Below, piece after piece: positions 11,757 to 22,419 of a stretch of DNA of 64,000 bases. Made by a program: the position numbers and the translations under genes. This DNA comes from Polymyxa betae A26-41 (Eukaryota; Protista; Endomyxa: Phytomyxea): contig RBZT01000673.1 in assembly GCA_003693705.1 (NCBI GenBank), positions 62,001-126,000 on the forward strand. Direction: 5' to 3'. The first letter of the stretch is position 1; each line of letters opens with the position of its first letter. The notes under the pieces were generated by a model. It ran no database searches. It saw nothing but the letters and a program-made list of their open reading frames with translations, and was not told the DNA's origin.

Positions 11757-11847
11757 TCTTCAATAGAGTCGGGCAGCATTACATTCTATGCAGAACAATT
11801 AAAACGTTTATTCGGTTAATTTTCAAAAATCAGAATGCGACATTGCC

Positions 11848-12822
11848 TTAAGGTGATCGGCCATCGGCGATAATGTTACTCATACTAGGTCCAGCTACAG
11901 GTGTCTCCATGATCTTGCCATTCCCATTAACCTGATTAGGTACAGGAATGCCCTTGCCGTTGGAATTGTCAATGATCTTGCCATTCTTATCAGCCTGAAG
12001 AGGTACGTCTACAACCGCCTGTGGAGTGGCCTTGCCGTTGGAATTGTCAATGATCTTGCCATTCTTATCAACCTGAATAGGTACATCTTCAACAGCCTGT
12101 GGAATGGCGTTGCCGTAAGAATAGGAGCTGGCGGTAGCTCCAGCAATGATTTTGCCTTTCTCATCACGGAACATGGGTGGACCAACTACCGCCTGAGCCT
12201 GGTTGTTGCTACTACACTCTGAATTGTTGGAATTGTCGAAGCCGTTTTGGAGACCTGGCATATCGTTATTATCGGTGATAGGAGTCCTGGGTATGATGTT
12301 ATTACCCTTGCTATAACTTGTCGTAGATCCACCAACAGATCCCTGCTGGATAATATTGCCAAATTGATCCCGGTATACAACGGCCTGCAATCCAGCATCA
12401 TCACCGCTGCCATCACCATTCCACTGATAATTTTCAGCGAATTCGTTTAACGAGTTTGCGTTTTGGTTCTTTTGCTTCCAACGACGATTTTGCAGTTTCA
12501 GTTGACCGGCGTTTCCGTTATCGGGAGCGTCGCTGCCATAATATTGCTCTTTTCTTTGTCCCTGATTTCCACTCCATTCATATTGATAAGAGGAAAGATC
12601 TTGTCCTGGTTTCGACGACGTGAAGCTCGACAACGGTTTTCCATTAGGTCCCAAAATGTCGTTCGGCGAAATTCGCACAGGGCCAGCATTACCATTATCA
12701 GCGACCGTTACTATTAGACCGTTGACGTTGTTAGATTGTAGATGGGCCTGCACAAGGCGTTCATCTGCCGAAGCAGCAACCAGGAACAATGCAACGGCCC
12801 TCAATGCTGATTTAACTTTCAT
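11848..12822 (-). CDS. Secreted protein, MKVKSAL family member 2b (324 aa)
   Basis: Paralog of 8396-9040 with a signal peptide and VDVPLQADKNGKII repeats. Confidence 0.85.
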   Translation of the reverse strand: MKVKSALRAVALFLVAASADERLVQAHLQSNNVNGLIVTVADNGNAGPVRISPNDILGPNGKPLSSFTSSKPGQDLSSYQYEWSGNQGQRKEQYYGSDAPDNGNAGQLKLQNRRWKQKNQNANSLNEFAENYQWNGDGSGDDAGLQAVVYRDQFGNIIQQGSVGGSTTSYSKGNNIIPRTPITDNNDMPGLQNGFDNSNNSECSSNNQAQAVVGPPMFRDEKGKIIAGATASSYSYGNAIPQAVEDVPIQVDKNGKIIDNSNGKATPQAVVDVPLQADKNGKIIDNSNGKGIPVPNQVNGNGKIMETPVAGPSMSNIIADGRSP

Positions 12823-13540
12823 GATTTCAACTTAAATTGTGCAGGAACTAATAGAGTGTTGGTTCGATTCCGAATTAATAGTGTTGGTTAAATTCAACAA
12901 ATAACAAAGTGAGCGAAGGAAGGGCCAGAAACACGACCTAGATCCAGCGTTGATTCAAAATCAACGCTGGACGGAATCACCTCGAAGACGGGAACTCATC
13001 TTTCTCAGCCTGGTCAACATTGTATAATATTCAGCAGCTTTGATTCAACGCTGGAAGGATACTCATCCCTTAACTCTGTCAACCGTCAATAATATCTCTC
13101 TGATGAGATGAGTCACTCCTAACCACGAATATACTCACGATTTTACCACGAGGATCGGGTGAATCATGAAACTCATCCTTCGAAAAAATCGATTTGATGA
13201 TTCACCAGTCCAAAACACGATGTTTACGCGAATTTGCCAATTGGGCTCGAGGTTGGGTTAATCGAGGGCAGCAAAGTTTCACTTATCAGCTCATCATCAG
13301 TTGTTCAGCATTAACTGTGCATCGGCTCGAACCGACATCACGAGACAACAATACCTTGATTCCGCTTTAGTCGGAATACATCTTAATCAAAGTGATTACA
13401 GAACCAAGTTGTCAGAATGTCGATTGCTTCAAAGTCCATAGAATCCATACTTTCGATAAACTGCTAACAGCATGGGCGGGATCATAGACCAACAAACTGG
13501 GATATTTATTCTGTTGTTATTTTTGAGAACGTGCTGGCGT

Positions 13541-13911
13541 TTATTCGACCTTCATGCGGAACGAGCAGCCCTCGCTGAGGCGGGCCTTACCACCGGTCGG
13601 CTGGCACAAGATCGTCGAGCAAGAAGCACAGAAAACGACGGTCGAAGCGTGCGAGAAAACGGTCGTGCTAAGCGACATCAAATCAGAAACGGGGAAAACG
13701 GATCGAGTAATAGATGAAAAATACATGTTGAAGCAGCCGGAGCATTTGACGTCCATGAAGAAGGAGTTGGGGCTCTGAACCAAGCGCTTCAATTTGTGCT
13801 TGCGCTGTTCATCGGCCGACGACGGGAATAAGAGATCCTTAGCTAACTATAAAGAAAATGGTTGGGATCTGAACGACGACGACGGCAACAAAAGAGGGAA
13901 CTCACCACCAT
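13541..13911 (-). CDS. RPS27: 40S ribosomal protein S27 (eS27), 3 exons
   Basis: [52 protein letters not shown]. The first exon is only ATGGTG. Confidence 0.98.
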
Positions 13912-14446
13912 CGTAACAAATCTCGACCGATTCGAATCGCAATGAGACGCGGTATCCGAAGACGATATCGCAGTCCGTCACGGACTTCTTCAATATATTA
14001 CAGCCAGCCGTTAAACTTTCTAGAAATCATTCCTTTTCAACATTCTGCCAAAGCGGGTCGGGTTGGTAGATGCCCTTTACAGACCAGTACAGAATGACGG
14101 CGTGGAGACAGCTTTGTTATTCTTTGATTGTCTGCTGAAGCTCTTCAGAAGCCGATTATCAACTTTATTCTGGCAAAAATATTTCAAATCTCGTTGTCTT
14201 ATTCCTAGGTCGCTATATAAATCCGCTTTTGTAAATCTCCAGTTGTAGCCTTTTATTCTCTGTCATTTTTGCTAGAATACTAAACCCAGGACAAGATCCA
14301 ATGCTCCCGAGAGGATCATCGACAACGCCTTTTAGCAGCTGATCGAACCTTCACAGAAAGGCCTGAACAACTACAGATATTCCTGGTCTAGGGCCAGCAG
14401 ATGCCTCTAGTAGTCTGAATCAGAGGTTACTTGATGCTTAACCTTC

Positions 14447-14570
14447 GAGTTTATAAGGAGGCTGCAGCTGTTCATTGCACTATTGCCTAATGGTGATGGT
14501 GAGCGAGGTGAGTTTATAAGGAGGCTGCAGCTGCTCATTGCACTATTGCCTATTGGTGATGGTAAGCGAG
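14447..14570 (+). repeat. 63-bp tandem duplication covering the TATA-like box and start codon of the next gene
   Basis: GAGTTTATAAGGAGGCTGCAGCTG..ATGGT(G/A)AGCGAG occurs twice, starting at 14447 and 14510. Confidence 0.95.
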
Positions 14571-16080
14571 AAGGTGTCGCAGGATCTTCTACAGCATCGA
14601 CGTCTTGTGTTTGTGTCGGGCTGCTATGACATCCTGCACGCCGGCCATCTCCAGTTCTTTACCGAAGCTCGTGCCCTAGGCGACTATCTGATAGTGTCGT
14701 TTGCATCCGCAGAAGTTTTGTTTGCTCATAAACGGAGACGCCCCAGCTTGCCAGATGATCATAAGAAAGCTTTGATTCAAGTAACGAACGTTTGCCTTTA
14801 GAGAATGCAGAAACCTTTCTTCATTTACCATTGCTAAAATCTGGTTGTAGTCGTTGCGAATGGTTGATGAAGTTGTAATCGGGCGTGGAATGGATCTTGG
14901 CTTAGATTTTAAGGAGGAATTCTTTAGAATTCGCCCGAACTATTTAGGTTGACGCCATGCTTGATTCGACCAAAAGTTTTTAGAATTTTTTTCTAGTTGT
15001 GACCGATGACGATAAATACGCAGCGATCAAGCTTGATCTTTGCTCTCAGACAGGTTGTCAATACATCAAGCTGCCAAAGACGCCACCTCAATTTACTGCT
15101 ATTTCTACAACAGAAATCGTTCGGTAATGTTTCTATGATCTGGATGGCATCTATTCATATCTGCTGATTAGGAAGATAAGAGCACCGGAACACGCCCCTT
15201 TAAGAGTTGATTTCGCTGGCGGTTGGTTAGATGTGCCAAGATTTGCCAGATCTGGAGCGTTTGTGATAAATTGTGCCATTACTCCAATGGTTAGCCTTTC
15301 AGATTGGCCATACGAACTGAAATCTGGGCTTGGCGGCTCGGGAGCTTGGGCTGCATTAAATGGCAAAGATGGCGTCACTGAAGAATTGAATCTCGGTACG
15401 ATCTGTGAGCTGAGAGCACCCATTCAGACTCTTTACTGGTTTCATAAGGCGTTGGCTGGCAGGATCCAGCAATCATTTCCGAGGGCGGCTTGTGTGTGTG
15501 GAGAAGTGGCGATCGACCGCAACTCGAAGCTAAATTTTCGGGTTTGGAATCCGGTTTTCTTCATTCTTGTCTGAATTGGGGAATAGGCTCTTTTTTACGG
15601 GGAAAAATGGCTTTATATTGGACAGGTGTAGCTCATGATACTCCCGGCTCTGCTGACATCAAGCGTGATTATGATCTGATCGCTGCTGCTAGCAGTGTCG
15701 CTCGAGACGCTGCTTGGCAATCAGATATGGAGAAACTCGCTGAAGCGGTTCGAATGAGCTATTCTGTCCAGCTGGGTTCGTATCTAAAGTCTCATGACAA
15801 CAACTGACACTGATATTACTTTCAAAGGCGAGGGAATGCGACCTTTACCAGGAGATGGAGCTGCTGATTTAATGCCGATTCTGAAGCCAGTGGCTTTCAA
15901 ATATTGTGAGTAGCTACAAACGACGCTTCTTCAATATCGCTTACTAACTATTTTTTCAGGTGGCGGCGGTCATGGCGGCTATGCTGTTTATCTGTTTTCT
16001 GATAGTTCAGACCGGGATCGAGCCTGTCAAGCCTATCCGCTGTTCCGCCCTATTGAACCCTGTGTTCAGGGATGTCGTTA
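14559..16080 (+). CDS. Bifunctional HxGH cytidylyltransferase-like / GHMP-family sugar kinase fusion, multi-exon
   Basis: N-terminal SGCYDILHAGH..ARALGDYLIV and ISTT. C-terminal PLRVDFAGGWLD, SGLGGSGA, GWQDP and GGGHGG GHMP motifs. Confidence 0.85.
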
Positions 16081-16312
16081 ATCCTGATTTGTATCTGATT
16101 AATGCTTATTCTGTTATCAATCCCAATTATATTTGAACAGTAGCTGTTTCTATTTATTGGTCGCTATGTCTTTTTATCCTGGCTGATCACCTTCGTTGCT
16201 GTATCGACTAGATTTCCAGCCAAGATATCGATAGAAATCTAAATAGATACATCCAGCGGTAACAAAATATGATTACAACGAATGAAGGAGGTGAACCCTG
16301 CCAGCTAAACGG

Positions 16313-17936
16313 CTACATGATGCTGCAACATCTTTTGTTGTATATGGCAGCGACGTCTCCGCCCTGACAACGACAATTTTTGAGCTGCTCTTTAAAAGCG
16401 GCGATTTCCGCTTCGAGCTATGCAGTCGATCTCAGTACAACGTGATTCAATGTCCAGTGCTGACCTGAGCGATTCGAACCATTTTCGGATCCGAGAACAA
16501 CCGCGGCTTACACTGAATTAGCTTGGCGCGCGCTGCGAACCTCAACGTGCTTAATGTCTCGGCAGCGCAGGATGTTGTCGGGCTGACGCATGCGATCAGC
16601 AGAGTCCGAGCATTGCCGCCCAAACTGATTGATATTTGATTTCAAAGGGACGAATTCCAGATCAATGCCTCACCTATTCTGCAGAAGGCGAGTCAGTGCT
16701 GAATTTCGAAATGGAACATGAGAGCTGCCATCAACCAGGCTCTGCGAACAGTTCAATTATGGGTCGCCGATCGAATCTGGGAAAACCTTAATGACGAGTC
16801 CCAAGGCGCTTAGAGAAGTGTTGATCTTAGCACCTTCCTTTAATCGATCGCCTGCCGCCTGCGTTGCTATCGAACTCGATTAGCAGCCGACAAGTGAACG
16901 GATTTCGACCACGAACCTGATTGTCTTTCAGATCCGGCCAAATCGACAATGTTCAATTCGGATCGTTTTGCTTGTAATCCGTCCGGATCCGCTCTGCATC
17001 GCCGCAATTGTCAGTGTTGTAATTGCTCGCTGAGAAGTGAACCAACACGAGTCGTTGATGGACAACGATGTTCAGGATCGAATGCGATCTCGAGCTCTGT
17101 TCGTTCATCTGCGTCGATCCCACATGTCGTCGTTCGCTGCCCTCGCGCAGCACTGCGATGATGTCCTCGGCATTCTCGACCTCGCGACGAATCAGGCCCG
17201 CGACAAAAACGCCTTTCACAGGATCTTCACGAATACGCAGCTTGGAGGGTCCTCGCTTGGCTGACGGCGATACCGGCGCTGTCTCATCAAGTAGGTCGAT
17301 CAGCTGTTCCTGATAAATCTCCAGGAATCCAACTTGAACATCCACGTCGTACTGATCCGCATCCGGGCGCCGCAGCCACTGCTGCAGATGATCGGCGGCA
17401 CGCTGTGCAACTCCACCACCTTCACCCATGACCGTGTACGTCTTTCCTGCGATGGTCGAGTTAGCTCCCGAGCTGAGCGAAGATGATGAAACGGACCAGA
17501 GCCAGTCTGGCCGTATACCATAATGCTGGTGTTGTAACCGCAGAAGAACTGATCGACTAGGCCTCGACATGTGCCATCGTAGACGGTTGCCTGCGAGCGT
17601 AGTCTTAGAGACTGAAAGCGGCACAGAAATCGTGATCGTCAACCTGATCAACGTCGGGACCTAACACAGAATCGAATGCGAACGTATTGCGGTTGTCGGT
17701 TTCGCCAGGTTCGTTTGCAGTCGGGGACGGCGGGTTTGAAACCTGCACATTGATCTGACGTCCATCGTTGATCGTGACGCACGACGTCTGTGAATGCAAT
17801 CAGGAGGCACGACTAAGCACGATATTGGGCAGCGAACTTTATCTCGGCCCAGCGCAGGCCGCACGCGGATGCAGACATGGATTGTTTCTGGCCCTGGATT
17901 GTCTTCATCTGCTGGACTGGCACGTATGCGAACCAT
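16313..17936 (-). CDS. Short kinesin motor protein, multi-exon
   Basis: [72 protein letters not shown]; ends KRCCSIM-TAG. Confidence 0.93.
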
Positions 17937-17984
17937 TTGTTAGTACAGGTCGGTCGATCGTCAACGACGAGGAACTTTCTCGTT

Positions 17985-19362
17985 TTAATAATTAACAAAG
18001 GAGTGAATCTCGGCGGCGTCGGTCCATTCGGGGTCAGCAGCGCCACGAACCCTCACATAACATGGTTTCGACTGGCCCGCGAAATACCCTTGCGCCTTCC
18101 ATTCGTCCATCTGCTGGGTCGTGTACGGCCCATGAATCGGCTCAGCGTCCGAATCGTCGTTAGACCACCGCAGCTCCCACTGATTGGCCGAGCCCTGGAT
18201 AACGAGCCATTTTCATCAAGCCCGGCTCTGTGTTATCGACGACGATGACCTACCGAAGACGAAGCGGCGACAACCTTCGGCTGCGAGCCGCGCAGATCAC
18301 GCTCGATGGTCTCGATTGTGTCTTGATAGACATCATAATGGCCGGATTGCAGCAGTCGATCTGCAGCTTCAGTGACGGCTGCAAAGGCGTTCTTGTCGCC
18401 GTCTTGTGCCTGCTGTCAAGTCAGATTGTGGAATTTAGAATGAGACCATTCTTAAAGATAGACGATCTCGTGAAAATTCTCGAGATATACACAGTGCGAT
18501 GAAATCAAAGCCTCAAGAAAGCTGACCCAACCTGTCCCAAACGCCTCAAAGCACCGAGCACGTTCTCACGATTCTGTAGATGTTGTAGGAGGATGTGACG
18601 CTCTTTAGTCTGATCAACAATATCTTCATATTCATCGACGGTTTCCTGATCCACCAACATTTATATTTCCGAATCAAAGCCATATCGCAATGAAGCAATT
18701 ACACGTTCAGGTCGAAATCGCTTGATGCCTTTCCGGATGAGATCGACCTGCGCGGCGGTCAGAAGTCGGCGACGAAATGCAGATGGCGTTATATTGATAC
18801 GCGATCGCTGGGTTCGAACAAATCTTCAAGTTCGGTCTGTTTCTCGTCGTAATCACGAAGCCAGGCTTCGCGAACATCCTCCGCCTCCAAATTGAAATTG
18901 CCGGCGCTATCAAACCAGCCGCGAGCCCTCTCTCTATGCAACAGATGTATCATCAGAAGCGACAACGACAACGTGGAATGACTCGATTATCCGAGTTTCC
19001 TCACTCTTTCATATGGAAAGGCTCGAAGCCGTCTGGTGCTGGCGTATCAACCAGTTCGCCTTCGACCTCTTCGTTTCCAATAGCGCTGTACGATCATCGG
19101 TTGAACATCGCGAATCTATAACGGGACGAGGTCGTCACCTTTCGAACTGGACTCGTTTCTTGGCTCGTGCGCGCCGGTCGATTTCTTCATCGGAGTCGCT
19201 GACGACCACGTTGTCGTCGTCGTCGTCGTCATCAAACTGCGGCCGATGGACGCCTTTACGTTGGTGACTACCATCCCCGACACCAACGAACCCGGCATCC
19301 GCGTCATCATCGGAATCTGGGGCGGTACGACGACCCGGACCTGACTCCCTCTTGGTCGGCAT
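17985..19362 (-). CDS. CD2BP2: U5 snRNP 52K / CD2BP2 / Lin1 GYF-domain protein, multi-exon
   Basis: FEPFHMKE..GWFDSAGNF..AWL motif and a C-terminal GYF domain (HGPYTTQQMDEWKAQGYF). Confidence 0.85.
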
Positions 19363-19582
19363 CGCCTCTTGATATAATACGCAGTGCGCTCACATTCATT
19401 CAGATTGGTGAAGTCGGAACGTTTAATAACTCGCAACGATGTCATGAAAGATCAACTTTGGTTATTGTGTTAGAATTTGCTGCCTGTCTGAAATTCGGTT
19501 CATGAATGTTCATTGTTTCCTGAAAGCTCTACTCTGTGAAGACAGAATAATTGCATCGTGTTGGCGTGCATGACCCAATTCT

Positions 19583-20142
19583 ATGACGAAATGTGCTGTC
19601 GGAATCCGAATACTGTTCTTTATGTACTGAATGTTTTCCGACTAACTACATTATTATACTTCAAGTGACTATTCCATTCAGCTGGATAATGTCAGAGATC
19701 TCGATTGACGTCTTTTGACGAATTCAATGCAGAATCGTCTCGCCAGTATCGACATCGCCCTGCAGGCAATATTGGATCATGGTGAACACGAGGCGTGGTC
19801 GCCCGGTTTATGTCTAAACTGTAATGCTGGATGGGTGACATCAGATTACAAGCACTTTGACATCGTCAATATTTGGGAAAGCCACCCAATCCGCGGTCTC
19901 TATGCGAAGTTTGTTGCTAAGCATATAATCATCTGTCTCTGATTAAACAACAGTTGAATGGCCACAACAGTAAATTGCCTCTTGTTCAGCACTCATCAAC
20001 GGCGACGACGATTTTTACGGCCATCGTTGTCCGCTACAATCTCCCATTTGAGGGACCAAACGGGAGATTTTACTGGAACTATAGAACTGTAGCAAATCCT
20101 AATAATTACCACTGCAAAATCCCCACTCGAATCGTCTCATGA
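19583..20142 (+). CDS. Small hypothetical multi-exon protein
   Basis: Short ORF segments separated by intron-sized GT-AG gaps; no family recognised. Confidence 0.3.
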
Positions 20143-20311
20143 TGTCTTGACCCTTGATTGCTTCAACATTGCTCAAAGGGTCAATATTCGGCTAACAAAG
20201 AACCAAGAATCAAGCAACAGAGCCACGCTTGCTATGAAGTCATTCCAAAGCCCAGTCGCACTATTTCCTAGACAATATAATGGTAACTGTAGATGGTGTT
20301 GTATACAATAT

Positions 20312-20383
20312 GGAGGATTGGCCTAGGGGCAGGGCGTGGGATTCCAGACCCCAAGATCGGCGGTTCGAATCCGTCATCCTTCA
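20312..20383 (+). tRNA. tRNA-Trp (CCA)
   Basis: Cloverleaf: acceptor GGAGGAT/ATCCTTC, anticodon loop TTCCAGA, T-arm GGCGG TTCGAAT CCGTC; T-run terminator at 20387-20393. Confidence 0.93.
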
Positions 20384-20470
20384 ATATTTTTTTGGCCCGA
20401 GACTGTCATCACTTCCGAAGACTGGAGCGTTTTGGTCTTGCTGAGACTTAAACGACAGCCCCGACGCCTT

Positions 20471-22339
20471 CATGACAACAATTGTTCATCCCGCTGTCAC
20501 TATCCAGTTTGTAGGACAACGCCTATCTCAGATCGGGGCAGTTTACAAATCCGCTCTCGCTCAGGTACCATGATGATTTTTTTATGATCTTTTTCTGGTC
20601 CCGGACGATTACCGATGCGTCTGGTGGCGAATCTGCCGGTAGTTCTCCCCGAATCCGACGTGCGGACAACGCCTCGAGCCTGTCGAATTCGTCATTCGCC
20701 GGCCTTATCCAGATCGCCCAATGATCACTCAAACTCGCATCCAATGAACGTGTCTGCATCACCACGACGTTTGTTCTCAGACCTTGCTTCATTCACGAAC
20801 TCGATCATCCCCGAATTCGCGCTGAGCTGTGTTCAGCGCCTCTTCACGGTAATTCCGGAGACCGATGGCAAACGTCTGTTGTGTTCGGGTGTAGCACGCT
20901 CTGACCTTACCAACAACCGAATCGTTTCTATCCTCGACAAGCCGTGGAAGGATCGCGACCCGATCGAGGTCGAAATCGTGCAGCGATGGCTGGAGCGTGA
21001 GTCGCTTCTTGCGCCATCTTTATCGCTGCTGGACAGCATGATTGCGGCCTGGGCTGTCGAGATAGCGGTCATTGAAAGCGGTGAGATCGTCCAGCCAGCG
21101 ACCGGCAGCGAGACGCAGCTCACCGTCGATCTAATTCTATGGTTAAATTTATGAGTTGCCAGGAACGTCTCTGATTGAGAACCGTAGCGTCGTGAAAGGC
21201 TCAGTTCGCATCGCCATGAACGAGAACCAGTTGACGTTGGGCATCGGCGACACGCTGGTCACAGACGAAACAATTGAGATAACGGCCTTGACAGCGGCCG
21301 CCTTCCTCTGGCTGCCGAAATCGGCTGCACATGATGCTGCCGAGGCGTTTTGGAGACGCCGACTGGACGCGCTCTCGCCGTTGATCGGACGATTGCTGCC
21401 GAGCTGGACCACAAGCAGGCTCATCCAGCTGATTGATGCTATGTCACCAGCCCACGTAGTGCCTTCGGAGCCGTTGTTATTCCGTCAGGTGAGTTCAACC
21501 AGCGCACCGATTACACATCGCTAAGGCATGTAGGGCGAACCAATTGAGAACGTGTTCGTGATTGCCGCTGGATCGGTGATTGAATCGGTCCAGGTTTGGG
21601 CGGGAAATGAGGAAGACCCTAGGCCGATCCATATCATATTGGATTCGCGGCAAATCGGCGATTTCGTCGGTCTTGATGCTTGTGAAGGGATTGCTACCTA
21701 TGCAGTTTCGGCTGAAGCTAAGGGCGTCATCGCGTATACTTTCAATATAGCTGATCTAAAGGTAACAGTTTATAGTTTACGCTGCTTACTTTGATTGATG
21801 TTTAGCGTGAATATGGAGATATCTGGGCTCTGCTGTCGGCAATGCAGCTTCAAAGACGTCAACATTATGAGCAGATTATCAGGCACCATTTGCGGATAAG
21901 AGCACATCTAGCACTGCCAATTAGAAATATGAGGCAGTCATCAGGCGCGCAAGCGCGGCGAGTGATCCGGCGCGTTTTGCCGACACTAGCTCCCAACGAT
22001 TTGGTCTTGATCAACATTGACGCTTTTCGAAGGCGAAGGGATTCCAAAGCGATTGACCCGGTTAAAATACCACACAAGCTAGCAAACACGAAAACGAAGA
22101 AGACGGAGTTTAAAAGAGCGGTCGATGCAATTTTGGACGAGACTGATCCGATGATGAACAATACCGACGATGACGTCACGAAGCGTGAAAGGCATGGGGC
22201 ATTGCGCCCACGAAGCCACCGACGAACTGTTGCAATGATCAATTTTCCAATGAAACCTATCAGGTCTTTTTCCTTTCATGGAAATGCTCTTAATGTCAAA
22301 AGATTTGGACCCGAAGAGATTGCAGCACATGTGATCTGA
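20471..22339 (+). CDS. Cyclic-nucleotide-binding-domain protein, multi-exon (start uncertain)
   Basis: LFRQGEPIENVFVIAAGSV..GDFVGLD is a cNMP beta-barrel pattern. A second degenerate copy precedes it (VVKGSVRI..LGIGDTL). Confidence 0.6.
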
Positions 22340-22419
22340 TTCCCTGAAGACGACAAAAATATATTGATTTCTCGGATAGAAACATTATGTTGACAGATAT
22401 GCATATACAGAACAATGAC

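Larger units (their letters stand above)
7457..13507. repeat. Tandem segmental duplication: unit A ~7457-9837, unit B ~9835-13507
   Basis: 7457-8400 aligns with 9835-10700 plus 11757-11850, and 8990-9837 aligns with 12770-13507. Unit B carries an extra 1.06-kb insertion. Confidence 0.92.
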
